From Candidatus Aenigmatarchaeota archaeon (GTDB lineage: Archaea > Aenigmatarchaeota > Aenigmatarchaeia > CG10238-14 > SCSR01), in NCBI GenBank assembly GCA_038998625.1, contig JAWADS010000012.1, positions 1-13,638 of the forward strand: DNA of 13,638 nucleotides, read 5' to 3'. The number at the start of each line of letters is the position of its first letter. The first letter of the stretch is position 1. The notes under the pieces are model-generated. The model was not told the origin of the DNA. It saw only the letters and a list, made by a program, of their open reading frames with translations, and searched no databases. A program made the translations under genes and the position numbers. This document shows, in pieces, positions 1-6,937 of the stretch.

Positions 1-20
1 CCTTTTCATTAGACATCTTA

Positions 21-43
21 ACTTTTACAAATTTTGTAAAAGT
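21..43. promoter_or_regulatory. Perfect inverted repeat, candidate operator of the adjacent BlaI/CopY-like repressor
   Basis: ACTTTTACAAA-T-TTTGTAAAAGT: 11-bp perfect arms containing TACA/TGTA half-sites, next to a TATATATA box (47-54) upstream of the repressor ATG at 78. Confidence 0.6.
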
Positions 44-77
44 AAATATATATACTTTTTGGTTAAAATAATTATCA

Positions 78-458
78 ATGGTGAATATAAAAAGAATGAA
101 ATTAAACAGGAAAGGGATAGAATCTTTTTTAAGTCCATTAGAAGTTGATGTTCTTAATATTTTGTGGAAGAAAAAAAGTTCTAGGGTTAGAACAATTTAT
201 CAACAGTTGAGAAAAAAGAGAAGAATAGCTTTGACGAGTGTTGCAGTAATTCTAGACAGACTTTATAAAAAAGGACTAGTATCAAGAAAGATTGGACTGG
301 GAAAGGGCGGGGCATATTATATTTATACTGTAAAATTTAGCAGACCTGAATTGGCAAAATCTATCTTAAATAACGTTGTTGACAAACTAATAGAAAGTTT
401 TGGATCTCTAGCAGTAACATATTTTCATGAAAGATTTGCGAAGAGGAAGAAAAAATGA
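78..458 (+). CDS. BlaI/MecI/CopY-family winged-helix transcriptional repressor
   Basis: LSPLE-DVLNILW, TSVAVILDRLYKKGLVSR, AYYIY and C-terminal VVDKLIESFG segments match the family pattern; 4-nt overlap with a downstream peptidase gene. Confidence 0.88.
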   Translation: MVNIKRMKLNRKGIESFLSPLEVDVLNILWKKKSSRVRTIYQQLRKKRRIALTSVAVILDRLYKKGLVSRKIGLGKGGAYYIYTVKFSRPELAKSILNNVVDKLIESFGSLAVTYFHERFAKRKKK

Positions 459-1195
459 GTTATGCTTGCTTGGCAGGCGTTCCAATAGATTTAGATAAAG
501 CACTTATTTCAGTAATATCCATCACTCTTTCAATAATCTTCCTTTTAATATTAAGAAATCAGAAAACTTCTATTAAGTCTAAAATCTTTTTAATTTATGG
601 TCATTTAACAACTCTCTTTTTCCCCTTTATTTTATTTACAATAAACATTGGTTGTGGAGCTTTTTGTCTTTCTTGTTATAACAACATTTTCAGTTTAATA
701 ATTTACTCGATACCAACAACTTTGTTTATTAGCACCATAGCAGGTTTTATTTTCGTACCAATTTACTATATTTATACCAATAAATCAAGGGAAATAAAAA
801 ATAAAGCGTTAACTCATTTTCTAAAAAAACATTGTAAAAAATTAAATATTACAATACCAAAAATTTATGTTTTAGATAAACCCAATCCAATGGCATTTTC
901 CCTTAGAAGCTTTAAGTCATCAATTTTTCTATCTGTGGGTTTGTTCGATATTTTAAAAATAAGAGAAATAGAGGCAGTGATTCTTCATGAGCTTTATCAT
1001 ATTGCAAGCAAATCTTCAATTCTTAAATTTTCTCATTATATTCTGCAATTTTTCTCCCCTTTGTCTTTCATAGCAAAATTATCCCACGATTCCAATGAAG
1101 AAGAGCAAAGGGCAGATAAGTTTGTAATAGAGATTCAAAAAACCAATAAATATATAATTTCAGCTAAAAGAAAAATTATGAAATTTAACTTTTAA
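455..1195 (+). CDS. Membrane zinc metallopeptidase, M48/M56 (BlaR1/HtpX-like), without a penicillin-binding sensor domain
   Basis: N-terminal hydrophobic helices; PNPMAFS, IFLSVGL, EIEAVILHELYH (HExxH) and EEQRAD motifs; coupled to the BlaI-like gene by ATGA overlap. Confidence 0.85.
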   Translation: MSYACLAGVPIDLDKALISVISITLSIIFLLILRNQKTSIKSKIFLIYGHLTTLFFPFILFTINIGCGAFCLSCYNNIFSLIIYSIPTTLFISTIAGFIFVPIYYIYTNKSREIKNKALTHFLKKHCKKLNITIPKIYVLDKPNPMAFSLRSFKSSIFLSVGLFDILKIREIEAVILHELYHIASKSSILKFSHYILQFFSPLSFIAKLSHDSNEEEQRADKFVIEIQKTNKYIISAKRKIMKFNF

Positions 1196-1225
1196 GATAA
1201 AATTTAAATTTTAAAAATTAAAAGC

Positions 1226-1684
1226 CTATACTTTCTCTTTTGTTATTAGAAATGTAGCAACATAATCAGAAGCCAATATTTTTTTATCAGTTTTCGGGTA
1301 TGGGCTTAGGTCCATTAATTTAATAGAAAAGCCATCAAAAACTTTGGATGACAAATTATTAGGTTTGAGGCCTCTGATGATTAAAGTAAAGTTGCCAAGG
1401 TTTTTATTATCCTTTATCACATTAACGATTACGCGCGCCTCTCCTTCCCAAAAACACCAAACATCAGAAGGGCATCTCGAATCTTCACTTACCTCTAGGA
1501 ATTTCAAAATCATTTTATCATCTATTAAAGCCATTTGTCCAATTTTAATCTTAAAAGGATACCCTATTGTGGCCTTTACAATTCCACCAACTAAAAAATT
1601 TCGGTAAATAATAAAACTTGAAATCGCAATAATCAAAGAAAGAATTATAACAATTCTTATAAATAACTTTTGATTTTTGATCAT
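1226..1684 (-). CDS. Conserved hypothetical membrane-anchored or exported protein (DSRCP motif)
   Basis: N-terminal TM/signal helix and EDSRCPSDVWCFWEG motif. Start moved from TTG 1723 to ATG 1684 because 1723 lies in the RNase P promoter region. Confidence 0.7.
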   Translation of the reverse strand: MIKNQKLFIRIVIILSLIIAISSFIIYRNFLVGGIVKATIGYPFKIKIGQMALIDDKMILKFLEVSEDSRCPSDVWCFWEGEARVIVNVIKDNKNLGNFTLIIRGLKPNNLSSKVFDGFSIKLMDLSPYPKTDKKILASDYVATFLITKEKV

Positions 1685-1725
1685 AAAGAATAATAATTTT
1701 TTCAGTTTAATATAAAAAGGCAAGG

Positions 1726-1733
1726 TTTATATA
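1726..1733 (+). promoter_or_regulatory. Archaeal TATA box (with purine-rich BRE-like upstream sequence) for RNase P RNA
   Basis: TTTATATA preceded by AAAAGGCAAGG, ending about 23 nt before the P1 5' end at 1756. Confidence 0.6.
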
Positions 1734-1755
1734 TACCATAAACTACAATTTTTAA

Positions 1756-2018
1756 GGGCGAGTTGGTCGGGTAGCTTCGCTTCTGCATCAAAGCAGAAGT
1801 GAGGAAGCTCCCTCCATCCCGAAGGTGTGGCGAAAGCCACAGGCTGAGAAGCCTCTGCAGAAATCAGAAACGACACTTACTACTCGCGTTAACAATGATT
1901 TGTAAAATGAGTTGTGGGTAGTAAGATGAAACGGTTCTGCAGCCTGGTTGGGATGCAAGCTTTAAGCGCTTAGACAAATGCTACCTTAAACAAAAGAGGG
2001 GCTATGACCAACACGCCC
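1756..2018 (+). ncRNA. rnpB: Archaeal RNase P RNA (compact)
   Basis: P1 GGGCG-A-GTTGGTC/GACCAAC-A-CGCCC; P2 GGTAGC/GCTACC; P3 hairpin; CR-I GAGGAAGCTCC; P4 AGC(U)CCCTC/GAGGGGCT with bulged U; P8 GTGGC-GAAA-GCCAC; P9 AGGCT-GAGA-AGCCT; CR-II CAGAAA; CR-III TGAAAC; CR-IV TAGACAAAT; CR-V AACAAAAG; followed by a T run. Confidence 0.93.
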
Positions 2019-2102
2019 TTTTTAAAAAATTTAAGTATATTTTCTTTCAACCAAAAAATTTATAGGTAATTTTTATATCTTAATTTTACAAGATTGTAGA
2101 AA

Positions 2103-2453
2103 ATGAGTTGGACTTACAAAACTTTCTTTTTAGATGACATAGATCTAACAAAAATTCTTCAAGAACTGTTGGTAAGGTTTAAATATAAAGGATATGATGC
2201 ATTTCCCAATTCCGATAATTACAAGGAGAAAAGCCTTAGACTGAAAAAACCACCTAGATATAATTTTGATATCATTTTAACACTAATTTTAGAAAAGGAT
2301 GATGTTAGGATAGAAATCCGAACATTATATGGAAAAAAAGAATTAGATAAAGAATACATGGAAGACATTAGAAGAACAACATTTCAAACCATTGATAACT
2401 ATCATAATTATTTAAAGAAAAGAAAAACAACGTTGCTACTTCCTTCTGACTAA
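2103..2453 (+). CDS. Hypothetical protein
   Basis: 116-aa ORF with TATA-like TTTTTATA upstream and T-rich tract downstream; no family recognised. Confidence 0.65.
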   Translation: MSWTYKTFFLDDIDLTKILQELLVRFKYKGYDAFPNSDNYKEKSLRLKKPPRYNFDIILTLILEKDDVRIEIRTLYGKKELDKEYMEDIRRTTFQTIDNYHNYLKKRKTTLLLPSD

Positions 2454-2524
2454 AAATTTATTTTTATTTATTTTTATTATTTAATCAAATAAAGATAAAA
2501 GATAAAAGATAAAATAAGATAATC

Positions 2525-2695
2525 ATGGCCGAAAAAAGAGATAGAGTATATGTTCCTGCGGGTATAGGTGGACTAATAAGATATGGTGAAGAAGAAGAAA
2601 AAGGCATTAAACTAAAGCCTAAACATGTTGTGTATTTTGTTGTAGCCATTATTTTATTGGAATTAATTTTAAAATTTGCTTTTCCTTTAGTTTGA
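2525..2695 (+). CDS. secG: Preprotein translocase subunit Sec61beta (archaeal SecG)
   Basis: Manual translation, absent from ORF track: MAEKRDRVYVPAGIGGLIRYGEEEEKGIKLKPKHVVYFVVAIILLELILKFAFPLV (56 aa); GLIRY-EE...IKL-P--V plus single C-terminal TM helix. Confidence 0.9.
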   Translation: MAEKRDRVYVPAGIGGLIRYGEEEEKGIKLKPKHVVYFVVAIILLELILKFAFPLV

Positions 2696-2710
2696 GTTTT
2701 TTGATTTTTA

Positions 2711-2796
2711 ATTTTTTTATTGGCTCGCTCCACTGGGCGGTCCACCTCGCGCGAGATATAAAACAAAGAATATAGGCGCGAGGTCCTTCTTTGTAA
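2711..2796. repeat. Dispersed 86-bp structured intergenic repeat, copy 1
   Basis: ATTTTTTTATTGGCTCGCTCCACTGGGCGGTCCACCTCGCGCGAGATATAAAACAAAGAATATAGGCGCGAGGTCCTTCTTTGTAA; one mismatch (A2760 vs T) to copies 2 and 3. Confidence 0.97.
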
Positions 2797-2831
2797 AAAA
2801 ATTTAAAATAAACTAAAACAAACTAAAAAAC

Positions 2832-3662
2832 ATGGAAATTTTCATTGGACCTGCAGGTAATGTGCAGGCTTCTAAGGAACCTGGGACCGAAGGTTCATTA
2901 AAATGGATAAAGGAGAATGGTTTAAATGCCCAAGAAATAGAATTTGTAAGAAATGTTTACTTAACACAACAAAGGGCCGAGGCGATTGGAAAATTGGCGA
3001 AAGAATTGGGAATTAGATTATCTATTCATGCGCCATATTTTATAAATTTAGCATCGGAAAGCAAGCAAGTTTTAGCTATAAGTAAAAGATTAATCTTGGA
3101 TTCTGCTGATCGAGGAGAAAGATGTTGCGCAGACACTATAGCAATCCACGCTGCCTACTATTATCACAAGGATCCAAAAAAAACTTTTGATATAGTAAAG
3201 AAAAATTTTGAGGAAATTTTAGAGGAAATGAAAGCAAGGGGAATTAAAAACATAAAATTGGGAGTGGAAACAATGGCTAGAGAAACTCAATTCGGAACTT
3301 TGGATGAAGTTATAAAACTTTGTAAAGAAATAAATCATAAGCAATTGGTTCCTTACATAGATTTTGCCCATATTTTTTGTAAAAACAATGGAAAAATTGA
3401 TTATGCCGAAATTTTTGATAGGCTGGAAGATTTGAAATTAAAACATATCAATTCCCATTTTGAGGGGGTTAAATATAATGTTTCTTCAAAAAAATTTGTG
3501 GATGTGCATACACAAATGAATTCTCATCCCCCTTTTGAACCTTTAGCAAAAGAGATTTTGAAAAGGAAGTTAAATATTACAATAATTGCAGAATCTAAGC
3601 CTTCTCCAGAAAAGGATGCCTTGAAAATTAAAAGTATTTTCGACAAATTAAGAAAACAATAA
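2832..3662 (+). CDS. nfo: Endonuclease IV-like TIM-barrel protein (AP endonuclease family 2), archaeal type
   Basis: Metal-ligand motifs SIHAPYFINL, AIHAAY, GVETMA, GTLDE, IDFAH, HF, H, IIAES. Confidence 0.85.
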   Translation: MEIFIGPAGNVQASKEPGTEGSLKWIKENGLNAQEIEFVRNVYLTQQRAEAIGKLAKELGIRLSIHAPYFINLASESKQVLAISKRLILDSADRGERCCADTIAIHAAYYYHKDPKKTFDIVKKNFEEILEEMKARGIKNIKLGVETMARETQFGTLDEVIKLCKEINHKQLVPYIDFAHIFCKNNGKIDYAEIFDRLEDLKLKHINSHFEGVKYNVSSKKFVDVHTQMNSHPPFEPLAKEILKRKLNITIIAESKPSPEKDALKIKSIFDKLRKQ

Positions 3663-3696
3663 AAAACTTAAAAATTTTAAAAATAATTTCTATTTT

Positions 3697-4044
3697 ATGT
3701 TTAAAATCTGCGATGAGTATAAGAAGTTTTGTAAAGAGCTACACAAAGCTGGAATAAAATTAGATCCAAATTCGTCTGAAAAAATAAGGGAAAGGTTAAA
3801 TAACAATGTAAATGTATGGAATAAGCTCAATATAATTTTAGAAAATGTAATTCCCCATGCAAATTTTATCTATAAAGCGTACTTATCCACTTTTTCTGAT
3901 GGAACGGGGAGAATCAAAATAGATAAAATTCCAAACCCTATAGCGATACTATACATAGATATTGAAAATTATAAGTATGAATTGAAATATAATGAATTAA
4001 TTGAAGAGAGATTAAGAAAATTCGGTATTTTAAAACAATTTTGA
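3697..4044 (+). CDS. Hypothetical protein
   Basis: 115-aa ORF, no recognisable motif. Confidence 0.6.
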   Translation: MFKICDEYKKFCKELHKAGIKLDPNSSEKIRERLNNNVNVWNKLNIILENVIPHANFIYKAYLSTFSDGTGRIKIDKIPNPIAILYIDIENYKYELKYNELIEERLRKFGILKQF

Positions 4045-4124
4045 CTAATTAGTTAAAATTTAGGTTATATCCATCTTTTCCTTAAAATATAAAGGTTTTT
4101 AAACCTTAAAACTAATTTTTTATT

Positions 4125-4691
4125 ATGAGATATAATGATATAAAAAAATGGTATCGTATTAAAAAAAGATTTGAAAAATTGGAAAAAATTAAATTTGCAG
4201 AAGAACGATTAAATGAAAGTATCAAAGAGGAAATAAAATCACTTAAAGAAAATATTTATAATTCTAAAAAAATTCCGTTAATAGAAAAGCGTCTTGAGGA
4301 GATTAAAAATAAATATAATATATTGCACAATATATCTGTTCTTTTAGAAATTTTAAAACCTTATGTGCATTCCGTTTATTATTCCACTGATTCAAATCAT
4401 GTCCGGGTTTTTAAGGACCGGAAAGAAACTGAAGAATATTTAAATCTTCTACGTTTAAATCTTCTACGCCCTAGGTTAACAAATAATCAAGAAATAAAGA
4501 AATTTTATGATCAATTAATAAGGATAACAAGTGAATATATAAACCGAATAAAGTCGGGGGAGCAAGAAAAAATAGTCATATGTTATAAAGAAAATGGCAT
4601 TGAATTTAAATTTGTTACTTCACCCGATATTATTTCTCAACACCATTTAAATAATTTAAAAAATTTTGTAGAATCATTGTATAGAGTCTAA
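4125..4691 (+). CDS. Hypothetical protein with coiled-coil-like N-terminus
   Basis: 188-aa Lys/Glu-rich ORF with an in-frame 15-bp tandem duplication. Confidence 0.65.
   Translation: MRYNDIKKWYRIKKRFEKLEKIKFAEERLNESIKEEIKSLKENIYNSKKIPLIEKRLEEIKNKYNILHNISVLLEILKPYVHSVYYSTDSNHVRVFKDRKETEEYLNLLRLNLLRPRLTNNQEIKKFYDQLIRITSEYINRIKSGEQEKIVICYKENGIEFKFVTSPDIISQHHLNNLKNFVESLYRV
4439..4468 (+). repeat. Perfect 15-bp tandem duplication
   Basis: TTTAAATCTTCTACG x2, encoding LNLLR-LNLLR. Confidence 0.9.
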
Positions 4692-5432
4692 GATTATTTT
4701 AACTCTGCATGTATATTGATTATCTCTTATTATTTTTGCCAAAGGTTTCCTGGTTCTTTTGTAGTTTAAAAAACCTGAACCATAACCACCATAACCTTCA
4801 TAATCCAATTCTCCACCATCCGCATAAGTATAAAACATATAACCTTCTTTATATCTTTCTTCAGGAAATTCTTTTTTTAGATTTTTTATACCATCTTCAA
4901 AAGGCTTATATTTTTGTAGCATGAAAAGGAGTGTATGATCAAAACAAGCTTGCATTCTAGGCGAATTTTTTGGCATAACAATTTTTTCACCCTTCTTATA
5001 ATTAATCCATATTTTTAAGAATAGGTGTTTTGCTAAGTCGGGCAAAACATCATTAAGCGGTCCTCTAATATAAACTCCGAAACCCAAACTGTTTATTAAA
5101 ACTACGTTATCCCATATGTTTTGAATTGCATTTTCAGAATTATCAGTTAAATATCTTTTAGTTTTAATAAGCTCAATTCTTGCTTGTTTGATATTTTTGA
5201 TTCTTTCTTGGTAATACATCGATCCCTTGTCTGAAAATCTTTGTAAATCATCTAAAGAATTGAGTAAATTATTGAGATTATTTAATAATTTATTTTTTCT
5301 CCTTTGGTCAATGGATTCCTTAGTTACTAAAAGGTGGAAATAGAACCTTAATTCATTTCCTGTCCTAGCACAATTCTTTATAGTTTCATCGGCTGCATTT
5401 TTCTCTTTTAGAATATCAATCAAATCACGCAT
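4674..5432 (-). CDS. Hypothetical protein
   Basis: 252-aa ORF, long for this AT content; converges on and overlaps 4125-4691 by 18 nt; Gly/Tyr-rich C-terminal stretch. Confidence 0.7.
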   Translation of the reverse strand: MRDLIDILKEKNAADETIKNCARTGNELRFYFHLLVTKESIDQRRKNKLLNNLNNLLNSLDDLQRFSDKGSMYYQERIKNIKQARIELIKTKRYLTDNSENAIQNIWDNVVLINSLGFGVYIRGPLNDVLPDLAKHLFLKIWINYKKGEKIVMPKNSPRMQACFDHTLLFMLQKYKPFEDGIKNLKKEFPEERYKEGYMFYTYADGGELDYEGYGGYGSGFLNYKRTRKPLAKIIRDNQYTCRVKIILDSIQ

Positions 5433-5519
5433 CTATCAAGAATTATTTCAAAAAAATATAAAAACATTACTATAGAAGCACTTGGTTTAATAAAAAGGTT
5501 GAAATAAGCCAGTTTTTAG

Positions 5520-5951
5520 TTAAACATCTAATATAACAAAGGCCCTCCAACCACCTTTTGTTTCTTCCACTTTAAAATTATGCAGACTAACTCCTTTTAC
5601 ATCTGCAGACAAATCATGTTTTTTAGGGTTGATTTTTTCCCCATAAGCTAAGGCTATTAACTTCCATTTTTTATTTTTTGGCATGATATCAATATCAAAC
5701 TTATTAAACAACAACTGTTCTGAATCTTTTAAAACAATTAATTCTTGTAAAAAATTAAAAAGAAGCATTTCAATATTTTCGGCCTCAACTTCAATTTTTT
5801 GTTTTACTTTTTTCTCAATTTTTTGTATATTTCTTATTTGTGTGTTAATTAAAGCCAAGCCTGCAGATTCGAACAATTCCCTTAAAGTTTTACCTACGGC
5901 TTCAAAAGCAACTTCTGCTATTGCCACATCTTCTATAAATTTGTAAGGCAT
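5520..5951 (-). CDS. Archease (RtcB activator)
   Basis: From ATG 5951: MPYKFIEDVAIAEVAFEA-G-TL-ELFE, LLFNFLQEL, DVKGVSLH, terminal VILDV; 143 aa; about 1 kb from rtcB. Confidence 0.9.
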   Translation of the reverse strand: MPYKFIEDVAIAEVAFEAVGKTLRELFESAGLALINTQIRNIQKIEKKVKQKIEVEAENIEMLLFNFLQELIVLKDSEQLLFNKFDIDIMPKNKKWKLIALAYGEKINPKKHDLSADVKGVSLHNFKVEETKGGWRAFVILDV

Positions 5952-5999
5952 TTTGACCCTTTTATTTCTTTTAATTATTATTTTTGGATATTTTATTAT

Positions 6000-6638
6000 A
6001 TGCGTGAGTTTAACAAAGGACAATTTTTACCTTATCAAGATTTAGCCCCAAGAAAATCTTTTCCAATTTTAACAATTGCCCTCATTTTGTTAAATGTTAT
6101 GATTTTCCTCTGGAGTATTTTTGGAGATTATAAAGAAATAATTTCTACCTACGGTTTTATACCTGCATCATTCTCTCTGTTAACTTTAGTTACTTCAATG
6201 TTTTTACATGGAGGTTTTGACCATATTTTTGGCAATATGCTATACTTATGGATTTTTGGTGATAATGTGGAAGATAAATTTGGGAAATTTCTATTCATAA
6301 TTTTTTACTTTCTATCAGGATTTGCAGCTAGTGCTTTGCATTTAATAACAAATTTAAATTCAACTATTCCGGCAATAGGAGCATCAGGGGCAATATCTGG
6401 GGTTTTAGGAGCTTACTTAGTTTTCTTTCCCAAAGCGGGTATAAGATTTATTTCTAGGTTAGGAACGGGAGTCATGCCAGCTTATTACATGATAGGATTT
6501 TGGTTTATTATGCAATTATTTTTTGGATTTGCTACTCTTCTTGGCCCTAGAGGGAGCGGAATTGCCTTTTGGTCACATATAGGTGGGTTTGTTTTTGGTT
6601 ATTTGTTTGCAAAAATATATAAAAAATTTTTTAAATAA
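6000..6638 (+). CDS. Rhomboid-family intramembrane serine protease
   Basis: TSMFLHGGFDHIFGNM, FGDNVED, catalytic GASGA and SHIGG; multiple TM helices. Confidence 0.93.
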   Translation: MREFNKGQFLPYQDLAPRKSFPILTIALILLNVMIFLWSIFGDYKEIISTYGFIPASFSLLTLVTSMFLHGGFDHIFGNMLYLWIFGDNVEDKFGKFLFIIFYFLSGFAASALHLITNLNSTIPAIGASGAISGVLGAYLVFFPKAGIRFISRLGTGVMPAYYMIGFWFIMQLFFGFATLLGPRGSGIAFWSHIGGFVFGYLFAKIYKKFFK

Positions 6639-6644
6639 TTCTTG

Positions 6645-6923
6645 TTAAATACTCTTTAACTTTTGATTTTCCCCCAAAAGTTCATTTATTTTTTCTGCCA
6701 ATATGAAATCCTTTTCCGTCAAACCTTTAACGCTATGAGTATAGTTAATTAACTTCACTTTATTCCAAGAATGAATCATAATGTCTGGGTGGTGGTTAAG
6801 TTTTTCTGCTATTTTTCCAACTTTGTTGACAAATTTCAATGCTTGAACGAAATCTTTAAACACTAAATCTCTTTCTAACTTACCATTCATTATTTTCCAT
6901 CCTTTAATTTTTTTCTTTACCAT
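6645..6923 (-). CDS. Pterin-4-alpha-carbinolamine dehydratase (PCD/PhhB family)
   Basis: GW, FKDF-QAL-FVNKVG-IAE--NHHPDI, YTH--KGLTEKD--LA. Confidence 0.92.
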   Translation of the reverse strand: MVKKKIKGWKIMNGKLERDLVFKDFVQALKFVNKVGKIAEKLNHHPDIMIHSWNKVKLINYTHSVKGLTEKDFILAEKINELLGENQKLKSI

Positions 6924-6937
6924 ATAATCTTTGTCCT

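Noticed and set aside
1344..1607. 87-aa plus-strand ORF
   Set aside because: Antisense shadow inside the DSRCP-motif gene; no motif.
2491..2511. AAAGATA x3 micro-repeat upstream of secG
   Set aside because: Low-complexity sequence in AT-rich intergenic DNA; no evidence of function.
2485..2766. 93-aa minus-strand ORF
   Set aside because: Antisense to the clear Sec61beta gene and starts inside the non-coding repeat.
2722..2794. Repeat as an HDV-like, hammerhead, twister, pistol or hairpin ribozyme, or as a SECIS
   Set aside because: CCTCGC resembles HDV L3, but the nested double pseudoknot could not be built on either strand; no CUGANGA/GAAA or other catalytic cores seen; upstream genes have no in-frame Sec codon. 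A novel ribozyme class is not excluded.
4709..4924. 71-aa His-rich ORF
   Set aside because: His/Asn richness is the antisense reading of the Gly/Tyr-rich stretch of 4674-5432.
5683..5946. 87-aa plus-strand ORF
   Set aside because: Antisense to archease.
5952..6023. 24-aa N-terminal extension of archease in the ORF track
   Set aside because: Overlaps the rhomboid start and divergent promoter region; family similarity begins at Met25.
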